DNA of 64,000 nt from Penicillus capitatus (Eukaryota > Plantae > Chlorophyta): NCBI GenBank assembly GCA_965649825.1, contig OZ287694.1, positions 495,197 to 559,196 of the forward strand, in the 5' to 3' direction. This document shows positions 1 to 12,133 of the stretch, piece after piece. The translations under genes were made by a program, and so were the position numbers. Within the stretch, counting starts at the first letter, position 1. Every line of letters starts with the position of its first letter. The notes beneath the pieces are model-generated. The model was given only the letters and a program-made list of their open reading frames with translations, had not been told where the DNA came from and did no database searches.

Positions 1-739
1 CGCTCCGGCGCAAACGAATCTCATCGCAAAACCGCCAGTTGTACGAAGAGGCGTTCCACAGACAAGACACCCGCATGAAACCGATAGCCTGCGGCTGGAT
101 GCCGGAAGTCACCTCTCCACACTTTCCAGTTGAGCCTGCGACGCACAACAACGAAAACAACCCACCCATAGATTCAGACATCTCTTTTCTCTCAGTCTGC
201 GGCGTTTTTCTGCTCTTCCACTGGGCGATAACTGCAGAATCAAGAATGTGACTTTAAGAGATGCTTATTCCATGAATTCCGTAAAGCCTAGATGAGCCCT
301 CGACGCATAGGATATATTGTTGTAAGGTTTCGCCCTCGAGAGTTTGAGGCTAGAGATCGCGGAGATACCTAGTGCCTTGTCTCTATTAGCTGGCTAGCAG
401 ACAGCCCCACGGCAATCGTTGTGACACGACTAACCGATGTTCGCGTTGTTGGCTCGACAGGTTGCTGCCCCGTCGAGGCCGAGACCAAATGGTCGAGAGT
501 GGGGCCAACGAGCCGCTTCGCTGAGGCCATCGATCTCAGTCCCGAAGGTCCTGGTCTTTGTACGACAATCGGTAACACATTTCTCCGTTTGAAAAAGTGT
601 TTCTGTAAATGCCAGTATAAGACGGGAAGAGTTTCACAGCGTCGGATGGTGGTATCGATTCACTTGAGGGCTAAACGACGCGTTAGATATCTTTCGTGAT
701 AAATATGCTGTGTGATTTATTAGGTCAAGGAAGATGCGA

Positions 740-1070
740 GTAAATCCGGCTACAGGACTGTCTAGTACTACGCATTGAACCCGGTGCGGATAGGCAGCTC
801 TCGCAGCGTTATGACGAGAGCATTGGGTCAGCCCGACCAGATACCAACCCGCTTCCAGAATTCGCTCTCCACGTCGCATCGGATGAGGGTCTGTTTGAAA
901 AGCGTGACAGCTACGACGGCATCGCAGAGTTCTGCACGATCCTTCGTTGTAAACTTAAATCGAGCTCGGTTCACAAATTCTACGACCCGTTCATCGACAC
1001 AATGAACGTTACGGAATTCGAGCCGTTCTTTGACGAGCGAGATCGAATCATGAATGTCTAAGGAAGTAGG
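740..1070 (+). pseudogene. Degraded ORF of unknown family, paralogous to 31330-31690
   Basis: Frame ...SQRYDESIGS...LPEFALHVASDEGLFEK... matches SQRFGESDGLS...PEFAFQMELDEGLFEK on the minus strand at about 31.5 kb. Each copy has a stop or frameshift. Confidence 0.35.
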
Positions 1071-1276
1071 CCGTCTTCATAAAACACGACTACGCTATTG
1101 CGGCAACAGAGAATCGAAACAAATGAAATATAATCTTTGGTATCCTTCATTCGTATCTGCATATTTGATCCGACTTTTGGGAAAGACGCCCGTCCAAGCT
1201 TCTCTTCAGCGAGGAGCGGAAAAACAACAGGACAAGAAGATTCCTTATGTCCTTGACAAACCGCATATGTTGTGCT

Positions 1277-3769
1277 TCAAAAGCCAGTCATGGCGAGTTT
1301 CACGATGGCGTGGGTCTCTTCTTCAGTCTGCACGACTCCGTGAAAAGGCAGGTGTGATGCGGAGAGATCGATCGCACTTGTATGCCATTCTTCTGCGTTT
1401 GGAGTTCTTTGTTCATGTCCATGGCGCCCTTGGGAAGATCCGTCTGAAACCATCGATGTTCCATGATTCCTTCCATGTCGATGCGTTGGGTTGGATCCTT
1501 GTCCAATATCTTGTGCAGCAGGTCGCTCAGATCGGCAGAGATGGCGGGATGATCAGGGATCGTTAACGGCGCTTCTGCAATTCTCTGGCGATGAACAGGA
1601 TCGATAGCAGAGACAAAGAATGAGGTGACTGCTCACTGTCATCATTCGTTGCGGTTTGTCTTGCCGATCGAGACTTCTTTTTTCGGTGTTATCAAAGGGA
1701 TACGATGCAAAAATCATGGTGTAAAGAAAGAATCCACACAACCAAATGTCCGCTTTCTGAAGCGACACGCAGACACACGTCATCTTCGGGATGTCGAGCA
1801 ATGGAACGGGTACTTTGCTGTCATACGTCTGTCCTTGCCTTGTTGCGAAGATGGCCTCTGGTGCCATGTAGGCAGGCGTGCCCACTCTCGGATGCGTCGA
1901 TCCACACATATCGTTCTGTGCAGAACGGAATGTCGAAAAAAAGCTTAGATGACAAGACAGACACGGCTTACCTGGCTATACCTAAAGCCACAGATTTTGA
2001 GGAGAGGCCATTGGCCACTACTCAGCAGAGCATGTTCAAGCTTGATATCATGACTTGTCACTCCCAGTTGATGGCAGTAATCTAAACTGATGATAAGCTG
2101 CTGAAAAAACCAGCGTGTCTGATTCTCGTTGAGTCCGTCTTTCTTCTTAACCAGATCCAACAGATCGCCACCCGGAGCGTACTCCGTGACGATGCATAAG
2201 TGTCGGGGCGTCAAGTATACCTAGAAGTTTATCACACATCGCAATTTAGCAATGCTGTAGAGAATTTGCGACAACTGAACAACCTCTTCAAACTGGATCA
2301 CGTGATGATGAAGTAAGTTTCGATGGTTCATAATCCCTTGCAACACATGCTCGTCGATCTGTCATCACAGTTCGACATTGGCGGAGTCTTTCGCCGGATG
2401 CATGTGCTTTACTTTTTTCCCGCGTTCGATGCACTTGACGGCATACTGCTCTCCTGTGCATTTGTTTTGAGCCAAGTGGACGGAGCCGAAGTCTCCGGAG
2501 CAAATGTCTTTGACCTGCCGTTGCGTCGAAAGCACTTCATCGGCAACACATTCCTTTGCTGTTTGCTTGCCTTCTTGTAGTATCTCTCATTTCTGAGAGG
2601 CGGTGCGTCCATGAGCTGTGAAGAGGGCTGCGGTGGTAGATACTCGACGGCTTCTTGGTCTCCTTCTCGCTTGTCCCTCTCCTCCTCCTTGCAAATACGC
2701 AACATCAATGGCATGCGACAGAGAAATGGATGCAGACAGAAGCGGCGGGGTCATCTGCACGTGCATGCTGACTGTGCGCTTCGTTCAATTCATCCCCAAG
2801 AGGGTGTCCATTTTCTGTCTCGGTCTCGCAATTCTCCGACCCGTCGATTCTGACTGGGAAACTCACAAGAGTCTTGGCCGACGAACTGGTAATCGGCTCT
2901 CCCGATGTGATTTCGGTTTTGGTCACCGGGTCCTTCTCATGTCCGCGTCGCAGCCGCTCCTCAATGCTGGCCCTCTCACAAGTGACACCCGAGTCTTTCA
3001 GCACGACTGTGTCCCTCTTGACCTCCTTGCTGTTGGGACAACAACAGAGCTGATCAAGAAGACCGGCAGACAAATCTGAAGATGGTGCTTTTTCTTTCTG
3101 CTCAAATGACTCGTAAATGGCATCGATGATATGCTTCAGCTCATACTCCAGCAGCTGGTCTTTTTCTCTTCGCGCCTCGCGCATGTACTCCTTCAGCACA
3201 GCCAAGTCCTGCAACTTGGCTTCGACTGTTCTGGAATGCTCTTTCATCATGTCAACGAGGATTGTCTTCATCTCCTCTGTCCCTTCCAGATTCCTGTTGA
3301 ATGCCTTCTCCATTTCGTCCTTCCACACCCTCGTCTGATGCGTCGATGCCGCCACGCTGTCGAACTTGGCTTGGCGAAGATTGTCTTGGAGGGCGAGAAT
3401 GGATTGGCGCATTTCTTCCGTAATCGGCAGACTGGCCAAAAGCAGCTGTTGCAGCACGTGTTCCAGCTTCTGTGCTACGTGCTTCAGCTTCTCGTTGTTC
3501 CGCGAATCGAACAACGTCCCTGTCAAACGTGTGGACTTGCAACAGTCTTCTATGGCTTGGTCGGCTGCATTAAACGCGTGGAGCATGAGGTCCAGCGCTG
3601 CGAGCAGTGAGGGGTCATCCACGTGAAGCTGCTCCAGTGTCTGCAGAAACGGCTTCGTTTGTTCCGCCAAAGAGGCGAGCAGTTTGCACTCTTCGGCATT
3701 CATAACGGCGAGTGCTGCACGGTCGGCGATGCCTTCGGTCACCTTTAGGACCACGCTTATGACATCCAT
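1277..3769 (-). CDS. MLKL-NTD/UND-like helical bundle + coiled coil + degenerate U-box + SnRK2-like pseudokinase (copy 1, multi-exon)
   Basis: ORF 3769-2705 is joined in frame through a GT-AG intron (2737-2688), a 117-nt exon and a GC-AG intron (2570-2515) to the kinase exons: VKDICSGDFGSVHLAQ..YAVKCIERGKK|IDEHVLQGIMNHRNLLHHHVIQFEE|VYLTPRHLCIVTEYAPGG..RWFFQQLI..HDIKLEHALL..LLKICGFRYSQ|..GTPAYMAPE. Stop is TGA at 1279-1277. Exon phases match copy 2. Confidence 0.85.
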
Positions 3770-5327
3770 CGTGCTGCAGAGAAAGGGAAATGATGGACAT
3801 TAACGACGCTGCTGCACCTACCGTACGGGACGCTGACCCGTACTGATCATCGAATGCATCGAAACACCGCGTTCGACTTTGAAGTCATCTTCGAGCTTTC
3901 CGCGTAGTCGCGTTCAATTCTTCGAGGCTGACAGTGGTGGTGCTCTTTCCATCGCCGCTTGTTTTCGCCACGCAGGTCGACAAACGCGTTCGCTCGGACA
4001 AGTGAATGGATGAATGATGCACGCGATGGCGGCTGTCGTGTCCGTCGTTTCTCGAACACTCTGTCGTTTACATGACAGCGACAGTTGGCGGGCAGCGCTG
4101 ACATGACTAAATCTACTTTTCGGCTTTGACTGCACACTTATCAGTGCTGATCTGTGGAGGCGATGTGACGTCGGATATCTGTGGAGAGATGATGTTCACA
4201 CTTCGGCATTCCTTCCTCACATCACCAGCCTCGCTGTCCAAGTCAGTGAAGTGATAAAAATGAGACGAGATCAGAAGTCCATCTGCATTGCCGTCAGGCA
4301 AAGTCTCAAACAAAGAGACGCCGATATTTACTACTGGCGCACACCTGAAAGATTATGTACGGCGACCAGAAAACAAAAAGACTGGTCTTCGCGAAGTCGG
4401 CACATATCTGGAAATCCATCGCTCTCTATAACTGTAATGGACACGCGGAAAGCATCCGTGCTGATGTCAGAACTCGTCATTGGAATCAGGTCTCGACTTG
4501 CAAAAGGCAGGTTTCGACGCAGCAATACAGAACATGGTGTTTGTCTGCTGTCTCGGCGAAAGGATGAGTGGCTGATGAGAGCAGCATTTGTGAGAAATTC
4601 CGACCAGAGGAAGAGATTTTAAGATGCATCGGTACGAGAGAGAAGAAAGGGTACCTTGTCCGATATGCGCTATCGGCTGTAGTTTCAATTCTCGAATCTA
4701 TGGGCTGTCTGCCGACGCAGTAGTCTGTTTCGTCGCTGTTATCTGTGTGAGTGAGGGCTGGTCAACCAGAACAAATCGCGATTTGCTGTTTGGTTTCGTC
4801 GAACGTCTCCCAGCCTCCATACTGTAAAAGCACCGTTGCTAAGCGACGGATTGACGAACTCGGTCATCTACTGCCGCTTGGATCCGTAGGAAGTCAGCCT
4901 TCCCATGCGGGCGAGCCTTTTGGTGGTACTCTTGTCACTGGCCAGTAGACGGCCGTCACAAAACCGACAGATTCAAGGTCAGTAGTGTCTTCGGTTTGTC
5001 GAGGCCCGAGATTGCGACTTCGAAGTACGTTCGCTTTGCTTTTCTCCTATTGGACTCGACGCATATGTGTGGACACTTACGAAACGAACGGAAAGCTTAC
5101 GGAGTCAATAGAACACTTTGGAAGTCGGATAGGCTATCCGGGACAGGCCAACAGCCCCACTCGTGCGTGTGCTTGCTCAAGAGCAGCCAAAACTGGCTCA
5201 TACGGAAGAAGAAAGCCACAGTTAGAAACCATCTCAGCAAAAAATTATCTATCGGACGCGCGATTTCCCGAGAACTCGTCGCGTTTGTCTCGTTTTTGGG
5301 CGGCTAAAGGGATCAAAGGAGAGTCGA

Positions 5328-5947
5328 CAAAAGTTTTTGTCCGGGTGGTGAGACTCCATCGTCGTCGGCCCCCGAACTCAGCGCGACGTTGTCCTTTCCC
5401 CGCCGTAACCCATCCAACTCGGCGCGGGCTCGCCGGACACAACCGGTCAACTCTGATGGGACAACCCTCCTCTGTGTCCGGCGCAGGTATCGAACCCCCG
5501 CGGTCGTACTTCTCGAACTGGTCCAACTGCACCATCCGCTTCGGGTCGATCCCCACAGTCGAGAAAACGCTGTCGCAAACGTAAGCCCGCCCGCGACGAC
5601 TCTCCTGACAACCGTTTGACGACTTTCTCCACCGATCACTCTACACCCGTGACGACTTCGCCGGCGACTCTTTGACGACTTTGTCGTCCACCCTCCGGAT
5701 GTCACTGTGGCACTCTGTGGTCGGCAACACTATATGTTGCATCACACTATTTATTCGAGTTATGGCTGTCCATGCGACGTGTTTTGGCGTTCAGGACATC
5801 GAGATCAGGCAATGCATTCATTTTCGATTCACGTTTGCTTTAGCGCTATTCGTGTTTTATTCGTTCCGTGCCCGAGTCTGTGTTTCATTCACTACCATGT
5901 TTCTCCGCCGCCGGACTGATGGTGACAGAACGGAGTTCGTCTTCTGA
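5328..5947. repeat. 620-bp dispersed direct repeat, copy 1 (copy 2 at 33737-34356)
   Basis: Same-orientation match at offset 28,409. 5328-5565 is identical and the remainder is roughly 90% identical. Confidence 0.95.
5329..5560 (-). ncRNA. Candidate Pol III (type-2 promoter) structured ncRNA, copy 1
   Basis: Minus strand has an A-box TGGTGCAGTTGG (5534-5523), a B-box GGTTCGATACC (5496-5486), a perfect 10-bp helix (5432-5441/5473-5482) and TTTT at 5332-5329, where homology to copy 2 ends. Invariant between the two copies. Confidence 0.4.
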
Positions 5948-6439
5948 GCGACTAGGGTCGGTCAAATCTTGACAACTCGCTAACAAGCTCTTGCATCGTT
6001 CAGAGTCGCGCAACCAGCTTCTGCTAGAACGACGCATGTGCTACGGGAGTAACGCATCTTTTCCTTCAAAACACCATGCCAGTGCTCTCTACACATGAAG
6101 TATTTAGGAGCAAAACGTTACGACGTCGCTTATCGATCTTCAAGTAGTGCGACCGGAGACCTTTCGCTACCGCGCTATCACACGAATGCACGGATACGTG
6201 TTCCGCGGTTGGAGTTTCTCAAGTCGCCACGGCTAGGCGGCGAGTAGTTTCTCAGTCATTCAGCAGACGGATGTCATCTATAGAGTCGATGATCGTTCGA
6301 AGATGGCGAGAACGCGAACGGAATTCCTCGTTTGTACATTTGAGACGCAAGTTGCGTGAATCGACTTGCTTAATCTGTCGCTTCGCGACAGCCGAGTTGC
6401 GTGAATGAAAGATGAATGCGTTCGATGTTGAACAATCTA

Positions 6440-8839
6440 TCACGGCCCATAGTATTCGTCAGACCACGTGCCGTGAAATCCGTGACCAATCTTATGCTCC
6501 AAATAAAGAATAGCAACAGGACCATCCGCAATCTTAGCGGCGTCGAGAATCGCGAATTCCGTCTTCTGACGGAATGCATCGTAACAGAGGGCAACAATCC
6601 ACCCATCCTCCTCTTCCACTCCTCCCGGTTCTGATACAGAAACATCACCGACCGTTCCTCAAAGTGCGTTTTCATGGTTGGCCAGACGCACTTGGTATAA
6701 AGCGTGGCTCGCCGAAGGAGTAGTGCTCCCCTTTCGTCCATGTCTCCATGTCTCCGGTTTCGTGGTCGAACTGAGAGACAATGCGATCGGCGATGCGAAG
6801 AAGCACGCATAGGTGGACGCACTTTTCCCAGAACTTGTGTCGCGGTGTGTGCGTCTGGGTATATCATGGCAACCATATAGGTGTAGCGCTGACGTCGTCC
6901 GACGTTGTGCGGATTCACACTGGCGAATTCCATTTCATACGCCGTCATCTCTCTCGTCTCCACGCCACCGTCCGGTGCCAGTGTCGTTCGCCTCCACCTA
7001 AGAAAAATGTGACAAAGAAGGGAAAGACACTCGAGATGATTCAGAGACCGTGGGCCCATGCCGATATCAGGTTCGTAGAGCTCGAAGCCGGACGGCTTCT
7101 GATCGGCAGTACGGCCGAACGGGTATGTCGGATAGTGGGTAGCGTCAACGATCACATGACCGTCCTCTTCGAAGGCGTTGATGAAGTGAAACGAGAAGGT
7201 TGTCTCCTCGAGCTGCCAACGAACGTCAGACAGGTCACACAACAATGAGACGGTTGGGTAGCATGGTGTGCATGCATACCTGGTAGACCTTTGGTGCGGC
7301 TTCCTTCGGTACATGACCGTCGGGTGATGGACGAGGCAACAGATGAAGCTGAAACACTCGAGGTTTTTTCGTGTGTCGTCTTTTAATACAGACATCTCAC
7401 TTCGTGGACGCCGCCATCTTCGAGGTCAAGCGCGTTTGCCGCGGTGGCACTCTGATCGATGAGTTTCTTGAAATCCATTCGCATTGGAAACTGGAGATCG
7501 AGTGTTGCGCGTGAGGCAATCGCATGGCCGGCTTTACCTTGTAGAAGACGTAATAGTTTTCAGTGACGCCGACGGAGTGCAGGAGTGAGAGGTTGTCAAA
7601 GGAATGCGTCTGTCGGGCACGAACCTTCAGATCTTCGTCAATTTCGCACAGGCTGATATCCGTTCGTATAAATGACGAAGAGAGGGTCGGCTACAGAAAA
7701 GAACAGCTCAAAGGAAAGTTAAGCGAAATGGATTTTGACCATGTATTGTGTCATAGGCAAGACAGTGACGTCACGTCGCGCATCGTATACAGCGTCGCCG
7801 ACGCCGAAAACGGAATCAGCATCCAGATGACGGCAACCTAGAACGATTGGATACTTCATTAGCGCTAATGCCATGTGCCAAACGACAAGGAATCGCGAGA
7901 GCCTCACTGGAATTCTGTGGGGAAGAGAAGAAGTGCTTCATGCCGAGATGCCATACAGTAGAGAATAGATCTTGCTTCGATCGCGGATCGATCGTCCGCA
8001 GTGTGTGAGGGTCGAGTACCGTCAAATAGGCACCCTGCAAAGAAAGGCGTTGCAGAACGACGGCTACGACACGCAACAGGCGACAATACTTCTTGTGGGA
8101 TGAGTAGTTTGTTTCCCACCACGATAGGCATTCCGTTTCCCGGGTTTCTGGGAAGGAATGACGCGAAAGGCAATGTGCCGTTCTTTGGCTCGGATCCGAA
8201 CACGCCAGTGAATATCCGTCTTCCAACCTCCTCTTCGACCATGGTACTGCGTCACAAAGCATGATGCGACTGAGAAGTCCCACGGGGTCGGCCCTACTGA
8301 AGGGTCCGGACAAATCTGGACCGAAAGAAGGCCTTGCCGTCTCGAATGGCGATGCTTGCGATGATGCCGTTCGCTTCGAAGAACGAACAAAACCTCTCGC
8401 CCAAGAAATCAATCTCTCCAGGGCCATTCCTATCGCCACGCGTCGGGATCCGAATGGCATGAGAATCGCGTGTCCGTTACCGGAAGTAGGTGCCATGCAG
8501 CTCTGCCGGGATTTCACCTTCGACGTTCTCGACCCAGTACCCCTCGGGGCATTCTTCTACGGATGTGTAGGCGGAGAAGTAGCACCTAGAAGGCACAAGA
8601 CAGTGCGACGACTATGATGTCATTCAGAAGCACTCTCTGCCGACGTTGGTTCGTGCAAGATCGTCCTCCGTTTGTTCCGCCAGAGAGGACGGCGACTGAG
8701 GACTCGGACGACTGGTGAAAGCTGATTCGGACGCCTTTGGGATGTCGGCAATGCGCTTCGGTGCCCGATTCTTGCGAGAAAAACTGCGCGGAATGCAAAA
8801 CGTGGTACCAGAGACACTAGCGAGACGAACGGATTTCAT
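6440..8839 (-). CDS. Carotenoid cleavage dioxygenase (RPE65/CCD family, ACO-like) with putative plastid transit peptide, copy 1; about 10 short introns
   Basis: Exons give EGEIPAELHGTYFR|NGPG, RSRFVRT, GVFGS, LDPHTLRTI, LHSVGVTENYY, FSFHFINAFEEDG, MEFASVNP..GRRQRY, GEPRF, EDGW, HGFHGTWSD. The N-terminus MKSVRLASVSGTTFCIPRSFSRKNR is Ser/Arg-rich. Confidence 0.9.
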
Positions 8840-9404
8840 GTTAACAGACAACGCGAGGGAGAAAGGAATCGACTCTGATCTCAAAATAAGAACTAAAGCT
8901 TATGCGATTGGGAAATCGATGTTGAACTCCAGTCATGCAAGTGTCAGCACGTGTGGTTCAGGCGATTCGTGCATTCATTGTACACGCCGTAGCTGATGTG
9001 ACGCGTACCGCTCGAGTCAATACATCCAGTCGAACACCGCTTCAAACGATCTTGGCTCCAGCTGTGTATCGTCGTGCTGCAGTCTCTGGCAATGTTCCCT
9101 TAATTCGCGTTCATGATGACCCCGGAAACCAACGAAGTGGATGATTTGGACCGACGATGTTTATTCGAAGATGGAATTGAGGTGACTGGCGAGTCGCTTC
9201 ACATGAGGCAGCAAACAATCTCTGCCAACTGGCAACCTTTTCGGCCGATGGATGTGACTGGTCTCTCGTAAACTTGGCAGTTCGGCAGAAGAACAAAGAG
9301 ATCCTCGTTGTCGAACTGACATTAGACAGGATGTGCTGTCAGGTCATGGATACTGGAACCAAGGGGTAAAGAAGATGACGTGGACATCTCATGCAAAAGT
9401 GCAG

Positions 9405-11166
9405 CGAAGAGCTGGGTGATACTCATGACAGTCGAATACGTGTTAGCACGATCCATTGTGTCACATGACGAATACCGTCACAGGAAGACGCTCTGGCATA
9501 ACATGCGTCTGGCCCCATTCCTGCCAGACGACACTTGTATTCGGCATCCTGAGAGAGGTTCTAGCAATGCTTCGTCGTGTCCAAGAGATATCCGACAGAA
9601 GCCTTTCTATGGTTAGCAGCGTCTGTGGCTGTATGGAATCGCAGTCGTGGCGATGCGTGGCAAACCGTCGTACGAATAAATCGTCTGGCGACCATTGATT
9701 CGTGTCTTTTGTGTTCGTCTGCTTTGTTCCTCTCCGACTGAGCTGCAAACCACTGCGACTTGTGTGCGGACCACCTTCCTGTTGTTCGTGCGTTGGTTCG
9801 GCGACGCAGTACACGTCCTTCAAACCGATCGCAGAAGGCGGAGCAGAACGCAGTCGGAGGTTTGTCGACGGAGGTCGTCTGTTGTTTTCCGCAGTGATCC
9901 GACCCGCCCGGAGAGAACGACGACGAGCAGTGGAACCACGAGCGCGGAGGACGACGTGTACTGCGAAGTTTGCGTCCGAAGAAAAGCAAACTCCTAACCG
10001 ACGCGTTAGAAACCGAGGGGTCGTGCGTCGACTTTCCATGCAAGTAGGCTCTCCTTCGACCGCGCATCGTCTAAGCACGTTTGTTTCTTCAAGGAGGCTC
10101 TGAGGCTCGTTGATTCCCGAGCGACTGCGATACCGCCCAACGAACAACGTGAAAAGGGTACCATCACCGCGCACAACATCCTCAGGCGAAAAGGGCACCA
10201 TTACAGTTTCCCTGCCAGCGGCGCCCTCGGGAAATCCACGTGAGCCGAGTTAGCCATCGCACCCAGGGGTCAACGCATGGTTGTGTGTTTCAGATGCAGC
10301 TGTCACCTGGTGGTGGCACCTGGCCGAGGCAGCTCTGCGGTGGGATAGGCGGAGTATGCGTGGACGTGGCGTCGTTCTGAAGCGCTGGGCCCGGTCCAAG
10401 CCCCTCGCGTTCGGATCTGTCGCCGGTACCTTGAAGGATGCTGGCTTTGGAGGCCCCCACTCAGGACCCGCGTTTCCCTTTTTTCTGTAAGGGTCTCTTG
10501 TTAGAGTCTTTTCTTTCGTCCTGAGTGGGTTTTTCATTTCGCCGTGTTAGCCAGTAGTTTTTTAGTACTTTGTTAGACCCTGCTCTTTCTGTTCTCCTTT
10601 CTGTGTTTAGTATAGAACCTTTCTTGACTGTGTCTTTTATTTCACTTCACTTCTATGTGTGCTCTGGCGACCTTTCTGTCGCGTTTAATTTGTTCATGTT
10701 TATTGTTTCCCAATTTTGTTTTGTCTCATTCCCTGTGCTTGCCTGTTTGTTACTGTGATGTCTGGGCTTGAGACCGGCCACCTGCCTTCTTGACTGTGTG
10801 TTTCTCTGTTCGTGTTTTATTGCATGTGTGTTTCTTCATCTATACTGCGTGTTTTGCTCTTTTCTGTCCCTTCTTTGTGTGTTTTTTTATTAGCGTGCGC
10901 GCCGCCTTCGCCTCCTTAGCTGACTCTGCAGGGGGAAAGCACAGTGAAGGTGTGGGGTGAGGCTTTGCACGGGTCGGTGTCCCTGTCGTGGATGGTGACA
11001 GAAGCGGGCCCTGCAAGCTTTCGCTACCCCCCAGGTCAGATCCCTACCTCTCTCGTATAGCATGACTCAGTATGTATGTGTCTGCCATTAGGCTGTGGGT
11101 CGGGTCGCCGTCCGCCTCCAATGGACAGCTGGCGATATACTTCACCCGAGGGCGCTGCACGGGCAG
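9405..11166. repeat. Dispersed composite repeat R, copy 1
   Basis: Homologous to 16607-18363, 23804-25553 and about 62945-64000. Contains an ORF remnant, a GC-rich segment and a TIR-bounded segment of about 950 bp with a T/GT-rich interior. Confidence 0.9.
10205..11166. mobile_element. Non-autonomous TIR-bounded (MITE-like) element inside repeat R
   Basis: Left end AGTTTCC-CTGCCAGCGGCGCCCTCGGG. Right end (reverse complement, copy at 25553) AGTTTCCACTGCCCGTGCGGCGCCCTCGGG. No transposase ORF and no TSD could be established. Confidence 0.4.
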
Positions 11167-11459
11167 AGGATAACCAATGAACAATTGGCGCCTTCTCACT
11201 GATAAGTACACCAATCGTTTCTTTATGGCTGGCGGCGAAACTTTCACTGCCCCCTTCAGCTCTTCCTTGTGCCTGAATTAACACGTCTAAATTACTCATG
11301 TGCATTGACTTCTGGAGAAGTTGGCACACTTTCCATGCGCTGCACATGCAAATTGATAGACAGTCTGTTGGTACGAAGGTCTAGACCCCAATACCCTTGT
11401 CTAAGCTGTACTTCCTATTCTTGATTCTTACATTCTGGGTTACATTTCCCGCATCTCTA

Positions 11460-12133
11460 CTATGCTCGTAAGATCATAAGTCGCCAGTTCCGCAGCGCAT
11501 GGAAAACGTTTGGCTTTCTTGGAACTTTTGAGTTTCTTTGAGCAGGCTTTCTTAAGTTCTGCTTGCACTGAAATGCAGCCTGTCGTTTCTCCCTTGGTGC
11601 ACCGAAGCGTTGTACTCTTTCCTTCCATAAGGGAGAGATACTTTGGAGGAGAGTGTTAATTGCAACGATAAGATCTTGAAGTTGACTCTCAATATTCTGG
11701 GCCGCAACTTGGAGAGCATTGTTTTCCTTTCGAAGTTTTTTAATGCCGTCTTCAATGCCTTTTAATGCCAGTAACTTTGCTTGCGGGTTCGCCGTTCTAC
11801 TTAGTGCATCTTTTGCACTTTCGACTGTCTTATCTGCGTCAGAGACAATATCCGAGCTTCCTTCCTGATAAACCGTCGAGAGTCTATTGTCAACCTCGAC
11901 GGAACCTTAACCTCTCTCTGTTATAATGTAGCGTACGATAAAGACGCACTTAACAAATGATTCTTACCTCGGTTGCCTATTTCTCTTGCTACTGCAAAAA
12001 TTCGGTATGTGATTTGACCGAGTCTAAACCCTTTTGCAGCTCCAAGCCACTTATCCATAAGGGCCCAAAGTTCGCGACACTTCAAAATATCGTCTGTCAG
12101 TTCGGCGATATCATCACGCGCTTTGCTTCCCAT
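11460..12133 (-). CDS. Hypothetical coiled-coil protein (about 203 aa, 2 exons)
   Basis: MGSKARDDIAELTDD..REIGNR(G), then a 62-nt GTAAG..TAAG intron (11967-11906), continues in frame as SVEVDNRL..KLLALKGIEDGIKKLRKENNALQVAAQNIESQLQDLIVAINTLLQ, which is heptad-like. Confidence 0.6.

Noticed and set aside
5400-5545. Canonical or permuted tRNA gene in the duplicated element
   Set aside because: The acceptor stem does not close, the anticodon loop is non-canonical, and the halves do not pair in a permuted arrangement. Kept only as a generic Pol III candidate.
9990-10010. TAA and TAG in R copies 1, 2 and 4 aligning with CAA and CAG in copy 3, hinting at the TAR=Gln genetic code of some ulvophytes
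   Set aside because: The changes are synonymous in two other frames, and the 1678-aa and 867-aa ORFs contain no in-frame TAA/TAG. The standard code fits.
9461-10201. 246-aa minus-strand ORF in repeat R as a transposon protein
   Set aside because: No recognisable domain, differences between copies are largely non-synonymous, and copy 3 is frameshifted.
10321-10402. tRNA-derived SINE head in repeat R (TGGCCGAGG ... GGTCCAAGCCC)
   Set aside because: The B-box is imperfect, the spacing is long and there is no tRNA fold or tail.
11085-11166. HDV-like or hammerhead ribozyme at the end of repeat R
   Set aside because: Hairpins and a CTAA-like motif are present, but P1/P3/L3 could not be assembled and no hammerhead core was found.
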